A stretch of DNA of 63,658 nucleotides, filler included, from Phoronis australis (taxonomy: Eukaryota; Animalia; Phoronida), in the NCBI GenBank assembly GCA_002633005.1. It is 6 parts of 6 records of this genome, joined end to end, with 100 filler letters (N's around TTAATTAATTAA, not from the genome) between each part and the next. Parts side by side here need not be neighbours in the genome. Positions count along the whole stretch, not along the records: positions 47,756 to 56,180 come from NMRA01001896.1; positions 56,281 to 61,656 come from NMRA01002350.1; positions 61,757 to 63,658 come from NMRA01003906.1; 3 more parts are not named here. One strand, 5' to 3'. Numbering within the stretch: the first letter of the stretch is position 1; each line of letters starts with the position of its first letter. Both the position numbers and the translations under genes were made by a program. Below the pieces are notes generated by a model that had not been told where the DNA came from, did not search any database, and saw nothing but the letters and a program-made list of their open reading frames with translations. This document shows positions 50,971 to 62,082 of this stretch, in pieces.

Positions 50971-51996
50971 TACGACAATGCAAAACAGGTCAACTAACAC
51001 GTCACAAACAGCTAAAAGCGCTCAGCACCGGTCAACGTTTGAACCATTTGTCCATCGTACTAATTCATAGGCGCTCAAAAAAGAACAGACTCGAACAGCG
51101 CTTCCTAGACAGGTGAGCGAGCAATTCTCTAGATGTCAAGAACTTCAGCAAAGTGGTTTCCTTGTCTGCTTTTCATGACAATGGTGATGAAGGAATCTGC
51201 TATGGAAATAATGTGCCAGGTAGCAGCGTAAGCATCACAATGGGCCACATCACCAATGACACCTATTGGATGTCCGCAGTACTAAAAATTTGGCGACCCA
51301 AATCTGAAATGGCGAGTTGAGATTTTACCCAACCTGCCAATAGTAGATGCATGCATGCACATAACTTTTAGGGGAGTAACATACCTAAAAACAGGAGCCT
51401 CGTGATATAAAGGAACGAGAACTTTGCTTTTGGGTTTGTAATAGGGCCGACTCAAATCCCAGAGCACTAAATAATTTGATGCCAGGCAATTGCCTATTGG
51501 CTGATTTGTTTGGATGCTTGATTCGCATGGCGAAAGCCCAGGTTTCAATGGGCTGTTGAAATGTGGATTTTTCTATTGAATTTTCGTCTGACTTGATTAT
51601 AGCATACCAGTCCACAACAAAATAGTCCAGCCCTCAACATGTAATTTTAAGTATATGGCCGAACTCTACATGACTCACGGACTATCCTCCTTAGCATTCG
51701 TCTGGTGAATCTGCAGGATTAAAGCTGGAGTTATGATTGGGGACTATTTTTAGTATTTAACACTTAATAATCAAGGAAATTTTTTCGTGTTCCCAGTCAC
51801 TCCAAATTTTATTTGTTATTCAGTATATGCTTGATTGGTATGCAATATTCAAGTCGTGGGAACAGTCCCTGCACTTTAGACATCTAAATTAACCAGAAGT
51901 CATTGACAACCAGCTACACTTCCGTGAATAAAGTCAGGACAGAACAGCACTCAGAAGGGTTAACCAGATGAGAAATCATTGCAGCTTCCTACGCCC

Positions 51997-52796
51997 TAGG
52001 CAATGACCATCGCCTCTGTTGGCCCGAACCAGAGGCGATGTAGAGGCTATAAGCGCTCTGTACGCCGGAAGCTTTTCGGCGAATTATGCCTCGCACCGAC
52101 TAAACCATCAAAGTCACGTTGTTATAAATACCTTTTGCGCATAGAGGAACACCTTAGGAGGTTGTCGATATGTTTAAGTCCTTCCAACTCCAACAAATAC
52201 TCCCGTTATGAAACTTTTTCTTCCATCAGTCCCTATTTCAGTTCCCAAAATCGTGAAATCAAAATTTTTGTACTGCGCACGCTCCAATTTTTCACCGCGC
52301 TCGCTAGGTGATGTGACTTCATAACCTCAATAATTTTTAAATAGGCCAAAGGTGAGCCATTGCGGTCTTGTGAGTCAAATGTTCGTTTCCAAAATGCCAC
52401 CACTTATACTTGTCTTTAGTTGGCGTTACTTGAAACTGTTTGTATTTCAAAGAATTATTGTTTGTATTTGATAAAAATAAATGCTGTTGATATGACATTT
52501 AATAGTCTTTGTGCACATATTTGACATTTTAATGTTTAACAACAAGGCAAATGCACGGCTGGTTCCCGGCAGCACGTACGCAAAGGGCGGGAGTATTTGT
52601 TGGAGTTGGAAGGACTTAAACACATCGACAACCTCCTAAGGTGTTCCTCTATGCGCAAAAGGTATTTATAACAACGTGACTTTGATGGTTTAGTCGGTGC
52701 GAGGCATAATTCGCCGAAAAGCTTCCGGCGTACAGAGCGCCTATAGCCTCTACATCGCCTCTGGTTCGGGCCAACAGAGGCGATGGTCATTGCCTA
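51997..52796. mobile_element. 800-bp non-autonomous DNA transposon with 209-bp TIRs and a 9-bp TSD (AcademH- or MULE-like)
   Basis: TIRs 51997-52205 / 52588-52796 with two mismatches seen. Termini TAGG..CCTA. TSD cctacgccc at 51988-51996 and 52797-52805. Confidence 0.93.
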
Positions 52797-54516
52797 CCTA
52801 CGCCCCAGCAATGGCCCTCAGAGGTTGTCATTATTAGACTCCTGGTTAATTAAGACATAAAAATAGGATTACCCGTTACTTCTGAATTTCTTTGAAATGT
52901 TCCCGTTGAACAAATAGCCTGTGTCAAGCGAAAACCACGCGTGTGGGAACTACTGCCTTTTGATAGAGGAACCCCCCGGAAAACACCGACGGCGACATTG
53001 GACAACATCTACTTCTAGACATTTGACTGTCTAATGACAGAAGGCTTAATCCATCAATTCATGCAAACTCACACAGCTGCAGAGCCGTTAAATGTTAGCA
53101 GACAAATACCTGTAAGAGCCCACAGCGGCGGGGGCTGTTGGAGTGTTGATAATGTGTCGAACAAATCCTGCCATTTTCCCTGCACTCAGTGGTTCCGTTC
53201 ACCAGTCGTGTCACGTGATAAAACATATGGGGTGATATAAGTGCTGTATTTGTCTTTAATACTTCACAATAACTTGAAAAATGCACAGAGGCTTCACTTT
53301 TATTATTATAAAATTTTCTTTTGCGCAAACTTTGTTGTAAATATATTATAATTATGATTACAGTAAATGTATGTTGTTTGATGACCAGAGTATAAAGCTA
53401 TTTGGTTTTCATTCATAAAGAGTCAAAACTAAACATGTGGAAGCATTCGCGTTGATTGTGTTCTTATTCCACGGTTCCTTATCCCAGGGATTGCTTAGCC
53501 AGAGGTGGTTTAGATTTAAGATCAATTGGAACCTCGTAAATGTAAATAATCAGGAGTGAACTTATTGTTTCCCTCGTTTACAAAACATTTGAAGTCATGT
53601 TGTACCACATAGATAGTGCTGGCTGGGCCAGCAGAAGGGTTCTCATTGAAATTTCAAAACTACATTTTTTCTGCTGCACAATTCTATAGAAGGGTTGTTT
53701 ATATATTTAGAAATCTGATAACTATTGTCTAAATGATTTTTTTTTTGAATTCCACCGCAGTCAGGAGTACAGTTGTGGGGATCTGCTGAGTTGGAAACCA
53801 TTAACCTGCTGATTTGATGTGCCAATGGTGGACTGGTGTTGTCTATAATGATAATGTCGATGTATATAGAAGCATTGCTGCACATATATGATATGGGAAC
53901 CAAGTACCTTAACTATACCTTGCGATATATGTGATTGTGAACTGTACCATGCAATACCCAATACAACTGATAAGTTCTATGGAAGACAATACTATTGCTG
54001 AACCTTGACTCCAATTGCCTCTTTTTCTATTACCCACAAGACATTACCACTGAAAACAGGTTACTAAAATGCAGACCTGTACCTGAGTCGACAGAACGTC
54101 TCCACCAATCTCTCATACAGGAGAGTTCCTAGGCTTAATCACTTCGTAGAACAATATTTTTCTCTATAAAACATGCACCCCCTGGCTCATGTGGGGAAAG
54201 CGGGAATTACATGACTTGACATTGCCATTCATTATTGAATGTGGTGAGTGCTGTAATTTTTCATGCTATATGTATTTAGTATGCATTTGAACATCTTAAT
54301 GCTTTGCTCAAATGCTGCAAGGTATTCACTGATATTTAAAATAGCCTACTACTTACATAATATGTCATAAATTACATCGATGATTACTTGGGTTTTATCA
54401 GTTTTGAACAGTTGCTTTTACAAGAAACGTGATTGTTTGAACTCTTTTAATTTGTGGAAACTATTTGATTGATTGGTGTCTAATTTACTATATTCTCTTT
54501 TCAGCTTACACAAAAC

Positions 54517-54649
54517 ATGGCAGATTCCAGCTTTGGACAGAGTCCTAAACGACAAAAGTTGGATAACTTGGAACTTGGCTTGGGACATTCTGCAAGTCGT
54601 ACCTCCTTGTCAGTATCTGAGGGTGAAATGTCATGCAAATTGCCCAGAG
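54517..54649 (+). CDS. POP1: POP1 first coding exon MADSSFGQSPKRQK...CKLPR
   Basis: Acceptor ctcttttcag (exon start 54505), aacATGG, donor AG|gtatag. Phase 1 joins the next exon to give [11 protein letters not shown]. Confidence 0.75.
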
Positions 54650-55431
54650 GTATAGCAAAACCCCAAAAAAAAGACATGCAGCTTGCAGTAGGTTTTAAAA
54701 TGCTGAATATGATAGACTTGTAAAAAGTTTATTTATTGAAATTGATTTCAGATTCTTTCATCATTTTCACCGCAGCATCGACTGTCAAACTAAGGGACTG
54801 TCAACTTTTAATTATCTTGTGTTTCTGCTAAGAATACAGATCATTAAAGGCATGGTTTGTTTATTTTACACTAGTATGTTTTTATTGGTTTCATTAAATA
54901 ACTGTCTTTAAATTATCGATTTGTGTTTATTTCACATTTGCTTGGCTCTTTTTACTCACAGAAGATAAAGGAAACCTAATGCAGTTACTTGAAATGGTAT
55001 GGCAACTGTTGTGTGCCCAAGTACACATGGCTGTGACTGTACAGCACAGTTTGCCTGCACACATTGCTTCATTGAATGCTCCTCTGTTGCTGGAGGCATC
55101 TTGATAGCATCAACTGACATGTCTCATGACAAGTTATAATCAAAAACAGCTATATTGACAATGTGTACAAGCACGTGTCTGGCGAGGCCTTATCCGGCAA
55201 TGGAATACATACCTTGCTCATGACAGAAATTAGCAGCAGCTGGAATCTTGGCCATTGCTACGTTAATTTATGCCCTGCACAAGATAGAGCCCTGGCTGCT
55301 AACCGGTTATCTACGACCGAGGCTGCACTGATTTATCGACCATAGTCACAGACTTTTCTGAATTGATGTTTAAATTTATGACTGGTTGTATTTAATCACA
55401 GTTACAAAATACCATAATTCACTGGTTTCAG

Positions 55432-55616
55432 AAATTAACCTGGTTGAGTTTGCTGAATGCCGTGCAAGGGAGATCAAGGCTCTGACTGCTGCAGTGAGAG
55501 ATGTGGGAACTGGTCAGAGGGTGCACCAGAAACTGCCCAAACACATGAGGAGACGGGCGATGAGTCACAACGTGAAGCGACTTCCACGTAGACTGCGACG
55601 GACAGCTAGCTGGCAA
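55432..55616 (+). CDS. POP1: RNase P/MRP protein subunit POP1 exon (E)[17 protein letters not shown]...[26 protein letters not shown]
   Basis: Hallmark R-box [18 protein letters not shown]. Acceptor tttcag, donor gtaagc. Confidence 0.96.
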
Positions 55617-55853
55617 GTAAGCACAACTACATCATTTGTCTGAGTTTCACTTGGTTTATGCAAAGTAAAGATGGTTATCTAAATGTGATCTGTTGGTGAC
55701 TTTATCACAACATTCAAAGAACTAGGGATGTTCACCTTTCACCTACCTGGACACCATTCCTAGATGTTATACGTACAAGAAGCAGTGTTTAGAAGCTGGT
55801 GTTTTGCCCAGTCGGTGTCCTAAATATGTCCTTCATTCTCTTCATTGTGTCAG

Positions 55854-56087
55854 ATGCAAGAAGTAAAGCGTAACAAGCGTCCATCACGCTGCTATCGTCG
55901 CCGGCCCAAGAACTTGTTGTCTGAGTACAATCGACGTCAACAGGAGACCAGGTGGATGGAGACGCACATATGGCATGCCAAAAGGTTCAAAATGATGCAG
56001 CAATGGGGCTGCAAGATCCCCTACAGTCCAAATGACAAAAGCGTGCGAGCTTCATACAGGGCCACCACACAGCATTGCCTCCTGCAG
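55854..56087 (+). CDS. POP1: POP1 exon [12 protein letters not shown]...[29 protein letters not shown]....CLLQ; remainder lost at the spacer
   Basis: Hallmark W-box [12 protein letters not shown]. Acceptor tgtcag, donor gtaggg, phase 0. Confidence 0.96.
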
Positions 56088-56180
56088 GTAGGGGTGTGAA
56101 CTGGTTGCAGGATTTAGATATGTCATGACATTTTGGGATCGATGACACAATTGACGGGGAGGACATGTATTGTCTCCCTT

Positions 56181-56280
56181 NNNNNNNNNNNNNNNNNNNN
56201 NNNNNNNNNNNNNNNNNNNNNNNNTTAATTAATTAANNNNNNNNNNNNNNNNNNNNNNNNNNNNNNNNNNNNNNNNNNNN
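56181..56280. other. Artificial contig spacer
   Basis: N44-TTAATTAATTAA-N44. Confidence 0.97.
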
Positions 56281-56479
56281 AATCACAGGCTAACCATTCA
56301 TAAAATGTTTCAATCTGATCAACCTTAGTAAAATACGAAAACTAGATTTTGACTAATTGTCCTTTCTACACGTGATGTTCCAGTACTTGCTTTGTGAGAC
56401 GATAATCAGAAATACAAAAAAGCCTACTCCAGAGCTGTAATATAATTTCCGGAGAACTTTTTGACCCTGACATCTTCAT

Positions 56480-57362
56480 CTTTGGTGGATTCAGGACATC
56501 AAATATTGTTCGGGCACTGCAGTCAATACCAGCTTGTTCTTCATTCATGAACATGAACTCCTCAAAGTGATGAGAGCATAACTTGCAGTTCTTGGACAAA
56601 TAGGTTGCATCTCTATTCATAAGGTCAGCTCCCAGCGCTTGCACCTGAACAGAAATCAATGACTGAGAGACTCAGAAACAAACCTCATACTCACAGAAGA
56701 CTGGTAGCCTACACTAAAGTACACTACACTACAGAATTCCTGTCGTACTGTGACTGTGATAGAGACAAAAGCGTTTTGGTGTCAAATTAACTGAAAAAAA
56801 CTCGCACTCAAATGTTGATCCACGGATATTTTAACAGGGCCGCGCCTCCGCATCATTGACACATAGAATTAAGTTTTTAATGACGCACTACATTAAAATT
56901 ATGTTGATTTTTTCAAATTTTCACCGAGACCCACAGATTCTCTAACTTGACTAATGACAGACTTGTGACCCTGTGATTGTGGCATGGCCGTGTCACCAGT
57001 CATATTACCCATGGCATGGGCATGGGTAAGTTTTCCTAAAATTATCCCTGCGATCGTACGGGTGACATTTTGATTTGGAATTCATGGACTGCAAGTATCC
57101 AAAAAGCTGACGATCACCTCGTACGTTCATCATAGTCCTTCCGCCGTCAGCCCGGTTGTACAGTAGGCCTAGCCTACACTGCAGACAACAGTGGCAACGG
57201 GACTGCGATCGACTTGTCTAACAACCGTGAACGGAACATACAAAATGAAAGACAATGTATCATATTATTAAATAACAGATAATTCTTACCTTTCTGACAC
57301 GTCTGGGGTTTTCGTGGAGAATTCATGCAATTTATCGCACTGCAAAATGCGTCCTTCCCCAT
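56480..57362 (-). pseudogene. Degenerate two-exon THAP domain resembling the THAP12/PRKRIR type
   Basis: Exon 57290-57362 MGKDAFCSAINCMNSPRK|gtaag. The exon from 56644 gives CKRW / ADLMNRDATYLSKNCKLCSHHFE / KNKLVLTAVP / TIFDVLNPPK in shifting frames. The FxFP block is missing. Confidence 0.75.
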
Positions 57363-57472
57363 TGTTTTGGCGCTTCCTGGTTGACAGTTGCTTAGTCACC
57401 ACTTGGCGGAGCTAGTAGTAGCGGTAACAGCGAACTCACAACTGAACTCTCCTATACTACTAACACTCCTTG

Positions 57473-57648
57473 CTATAATGAAAAGAAATTGGCGCGAAAC
57501 TCTTGCCTCCCAAAACGTCACTTCCGGAGTAGAAGACGAGAAATTAATCAAATTACGAAAAGCTGTAATTAAGTGAAAAATGTGTTTGGGATAATCAACG
57601 AACCTTATTTTTCCTAAGTGACATGAAAAAGGTTGCTTTCGCCTTTAA
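57473..57648 (-). mobile_element. Kolobok-type left end (first ~175 bp only)
   Basis: The reverse complement aligns closely to 60718-60894. TTAA at 57645-57648. Confidence 0.88.
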
Positions 57649-58191
57649 GTTTACGTTACTCTCATTTTGACTCCTTGTTGGGTCTTGTATACGTTTTCAT
57701 ATAGTCATTTTAACCAGCTGTCCCACTTCATGTTGGCATTTTTCGTAGCTACTGATTCTCCATTTTACACAATCTATTTTTGCGTTTCGCTCGCTCTTCT
57801 TTGGGTGGGCGGATGCATCTTTCTGCTGCATCTGTGGCAGATAGTCACACACCCGTATTACAACAGTTTGTCATATATATGACCTTTAACCTCATCCTCA
57901 TGTGTAGTTTCACTGCAAATTAGCTTCGGTATCGCTTTGTAGTTAGCGCATATAAAGCCTATTATTTTGAAAGCGTATTTTGATAAAAATGCCTGTCTTG
58001 ATTTCATCTGCGAGCACTGGCATTTTATAACAAAATCACAGCATCCGTTGTTTTGTAGCTCAAGTCAAACCTAAAAACTTCAAAAAGCCCGTCCCCACCA
58101 ACAATTATCCCCAAGCTGCATTTTTCGGCAATCGATAATGTAACTTTAAGCATTTTATGTTTTGTTTAAACTTAATGTACTTTCTATATAG

Positions 58192-58478
58192 GCAGCGGTG
58201 ATTTTCGCCACAAATGGCTTATCCCAGAATACTACTTCTACGAGCTCCCAGAATACTACTTCTACGAGATCCCAGACTACTACTTCTACGAGTAGGCCTA
58301 CGACGACAGCCTACCCAGACACTACCACAAAACGTCCTAAACCCGAGCCGGACTACCCTTTGAAGCGTATACCATGTGACCAATGCGAGATGAATAAAAT
58401 AACAAAGGTCAAGAATAAAAAGGGTTATTATAAAACCCTGATAACAGCATTTCAACCATACAAGTGCATGCTCAACGC
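58192..58478 (+). CDS. Candidate exon of an unknown secreted protein with a Thr/Ser-rich (mucin-like) stretch
   Basis: Acceptor tttctatatag, donor gtaagt, 95 open codons. Hydrophobic start AAVIFATNGLS, 24-nt SQNTTST repeats, then PCDQC...PYKC. Confidence 0.55.
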
Positions 58479-58839
58479 GTAAGTAATAATTCTAACTTCT
58501 TATGGGAATGCCCGTCAACTGTCACGTGAGATTTCTTCTCATAAAAGGCTTTTCAACTCATCTGCGCAAATGACCACACCGCAATTGCAGACGCTATGCC
58601 AAACCAGTGCGTGGTAAAATTAGAGGTAAGTAGGCGGACAAAAAGCTCACCGTATCACCTTGAGCACTGAACGTAACTTACGGTGCGTAGGCGCTAAGTT
58701 CAAATGGCAAAAGGTGGTTGGCTGCGCCTACGTGCATCTACGCCTCACTACAGCACTGTGCCAAACTTGTGCAGGCTGTTCGGGTGGACCCGTTGCACTG
58801 ACCATTTGGAACCGTTTTTATGTGTTATTAATATATAAT

Positions 58840-59527
58840 TAAACCTGAACTTGTTTTAAGACCCCCTCGAACCACATCTCCGACGACCCATCACCTAGCT
58901 ACAATACCCAAAGCCAAGGGGATTCGGCTCCGTCAGGTTATCGACTCACCGTAGGTTTCGCTGTGTCTGGCTGGTATTAAGAACGCCGAACGTATTTTTT
59001 TGCAATGAAGAGAATCGATTCGTCAAGTTTGAAAGCCAAGAACAAAAAAAAACCGCGACCACATCAAATCAAATCAAAAACCTACCATTGTTACAGAGTG
59101 TAGTCGTCTCGTCTGCTCTTCAGTAAAAGTTACATGGACTATATTGTAAAGGAGTATACGACAAAAAGCAAATAACAAAACAAACGTGAAATTATGTGTA
59201 TAACGTACTCTCTCCCTAAGTTAGAACAGAGTCATTGGTAGTCGCTCGTGGAACTATTTCCGTGACAACGATAGTAGACCATAGACAAAATCCGCCACTT
59301 CAGATCACGTTCTTAAGCGGCCACTTTCTGTTTTAATTACCAGCCTTGAGCCAGAGCAGATTCGTGTAGTTAGGTTTCATGAGAAAGTAACTCAGCGACG
59401 TAATAAGATCATGAAATTTGTAAAAAGCCCAAAAATACCTCTATTGCCGCAGATCGGGGATGTTGTGGGTCATGGGGGTCGTCGGGTGTGGGGTTCGAGG
59501 GGAATTTAGAACAATACGTTATTTCAA
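58840..59527. mobile_element. ~690-bp element with diverged ~65-bp inverted ends
   Basis: ttgttttaagaccccctcgaacc..ccgacgaccc versus gggtcgtcgg..ggttcgaggggaatttagaacaa. Confidence 0.55.
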
Positions 59528-60423
59528 CTCATCATCCATTATCACCGTTCGCATTGTTGTTTAATTATTAGCCCATTTTGAGTGAAACGACACTGTACAT
59601 CCGTGAAATCCACTTGTTGTAATTTGTACACAATGTTTGTCTTTACAGTGTTGATTGTGTTGAAGTGGGAAAAGACGGAATACTCTTCCGTGGCAGGTGT
59701 TATACAGTACTGAAGCGTTCTTACGGCTTTTATAGGGAAAATAAGAAAATGAAGAGAGCAAATGTATATCATTTCGTTTGCGACTGTATTCCAGTTTAAG
59801 TCGAGTCAGACAGAGGAAAACTGAGGCGATTAAATAGGATGCGACAATGGCAAATTATTTGACCTTCCTCCGGCATAACTTCTGATACTGCTAGTGGTAT
59901 AACGATGTCAGTAATCATTATAAAACCAAGAAACAATTTATCGGAATAAAGTCATATGAAAACATAAGTAACTGAGACATTGATTCATTTATACCTGAAT
60001 GATGCACACTATTGCACTTAACATATTGCTTCTCTTGTCGACGATTTTGGTTTCTTACACCGTCACTTTTGTTTCAAAGTGGCACATAACGTGAAAAAAA
60101 CAGACTAAATTGCATTATTCAAAGTGGTTCTCTGCCACTGAAACAGAAGTCAAAGTGTTCACCAGGTATTTTTACGATTTTTTCTTAAAGATTTCGAATT
60201 CCTGTCATGTTAAAGCATTTTTCGTTAGTTTCAAATTTGAAAAAAAAACGATCTGCCAAGTGCTGGTCACTTCGTCGACTTTTCTCCCACACAGTAAAGC
60301 ACGTCGTCTCTTTATTTGGTATGGCAAGGCATAAACGAAGCACATTCCCTCATATGGAAATGTGACCGTTAACCTTTGATGTGACCAAAACAATGGTGAC
60401 TCACAGGCAGCAACCAGGGTAGA

Positions 60424-60673
60424 GTTCAGTAACGTTAGGGCCTCGCTAAAATCTAGCCAAAAGCACGTGTATTCATTTAAAATCGACACGGCAATATCTC
60501 ACGCAATCTCACGAAGTCTTGCTTTTTAGTAAGGACCTAGCGTTACTGAACTCCACTCTGGGACCTCACTAAAATCTAGCCAAAAGCACGTGAACTCATT
60601 TAAAATACACGGCAATATCTCAAGCAATCTCACGAAGTCTTACTTTTTAGCGAGGACCTAGAGTTACTGAACT
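60424..60673. mobile_element. MITE family A: full copy 60424-60551 plus a near-complete tandem copy 60560-60673
   Basis: TIR gttcagtaacgttagggcctcgctaaaa / tttagtaaggacctagcgttactgaac. Confidence 0.8.
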
Positions 60674-60717
60674 GTACCCGGTTCAACTTGTTTGAGCGCA
60701 TGCGCACACATATATTA

Positions 60718-61046
60718 TTAAAGGCGAAGGCAACCTTTTTCATGTCAGTTTTAGCAAAAATAATGTTCGTTGATTATCCCAGACACATTTTCCACTTAAT
60801 TACAGTTTTTCGTAATTTGATTAATTTCCGGTCCTCTACTCCGGAAGAGACGTTTTGGGAGGCAAGAGGTTCGCGCCAATTTCTTTTCATTATAGTCTGA
60901 CTGTGAGAACTGTCGAGTCAGTCATTGTTCTACCTCGGTTGTGATAACTTCGGTAGTCGTTTGCTTTTGTTTACAAGTCAATCAAAATGCCACGCTGTTG
61001 CTGCGTGCCGGGATGTACTCATTATCGTCTCACATGCGCTTTAGGT
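60718..61046 (+). mobile_element. Kolobok-type left end, truncated after THAP codon 20 (MPRCCCVPGCTHYRLTCALG)
   Basis: Aligns to 35011-35339. TTAA at 60718-60721, ATG at 60987. Confidence 0.88.
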
Positions 61047-61656
61047 ACCTTGTAGACCGGCAGCCCAGAGCACTTAGCATAGATGAACGAGGTACCAACA
61101 TCTGACCACGGGAGCATTTAAAGTCCACCCCAGNTATGTACAGAAATGGACGTCTGCCGTTGTCTGCACTCTGGGTGTGACCCCTGGGGGCCTTACAAAG
61201 AGCCCAAAAATGAGCTAGACTAGATATTCGAGGTACCAACCAAAACTGATTGAAAACGAACAATAGTACCGCACTGAACACCAAATGACCCATGACAGAC
61301 AAATTGCACTCTGGAATGGGTCCGGCAGAAACCAAAAAAGGACCCCCCAGAAATGAGCTAGCACATACATTCGAGGTACCACACAAAACCAATTCCATGT
61401 GATTCAATACATGTCACAGATCACGAAAACCCCTATGACAGACAAAATACACTCTGGGTTGTGCCCGGCAGAAACCCACAAAAATCTCAACCATGGTATG
61501 CCATCAAAAATTTGAGCTAGACTAGATTTTCGAGGTACCGGCCAAAACTGATTTTAAACGAACAATAGTACCGCACTGAACACCAAATGACCTATGACAG
61601 ACAAATTGCACTCTGGAATGGGTCTGGCAGAAACCAAAAAAGGACCCCCCAAAAAT
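61047..61656. repeat. Satellite-like repeat, ~300-bp period made of related ~150-bp subunits
   Basis: 61205-61350 recurs at ~61505-61656; cgaggtacc and cactctgg motifs recur in each subunit. Confidence 0.8.
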
Positions 61657-61756
61657 NNNNNNNNNNNNNNNNNNNNNNNNNNNNNNNNNNNNNNNNNNNN
61701 TTAATTAATTAANNNNNNNNNNNNNNNNNNNNNNNNNNNNNNNNNNNNNNNNNNNN
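61657..61756. other. Artificial contig spacer
   Basis: N44-TTAATTAATTAA-N44. Confidence 0.97.
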
Positions 61757-62082
61757 ATTTACTTAACCTTTTATACCCTGCCTGTCTTAATCATGTCATT
61801 TTTTCATTGTCGTAAATACTCTCATTGTCTAGTCATCTCTTAATTTATTTCATCTGTCTTAGTTAATTTTTTACCATTATTTGTCGTTTAGTTATTGTCT
61901 TAATTCTCAACCTTAACTGTTTTAATTGTATCTTTGTTACGTATATTTCATTGTTGTTTTATTACTTCGTTGTATTATATTACTGTTTTTCTTGTTGAGG
62001 GCTCTCTTGGAAAGCAGTGCTATCACTGAAGAGGCCACCCTCATTTTAAATATCACAATAATAAATAAATAAATAAAATAAA
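61757..62082 (+). mobile_element. Probable 3' end of a non-LTR retrotransposon (CR1/L2-like)
   Basis: T-rich UTR, terminal stem-loop tgaggg.tctctt...aagagg..accctca, then an (AAAT)n tail. Confidence 0.55.

Noticed and set aside
51282-51615. Minus-strand coding exon divergent from POP1
   Set aside because: Splice-like ends are present, but neither open frame resembles a known protein and no partner exon was found.
52003-52790. Twin ORFs MTIASVGPNQRR on opposite strands as genes
   Set aside because: They are a by-product of the 209-bp TIRs and show no domain features.
584-56087. Lipase, SRR and POP1 as a functional gene cluster
   Set aside because: They sit on different pieces and share no pathway.
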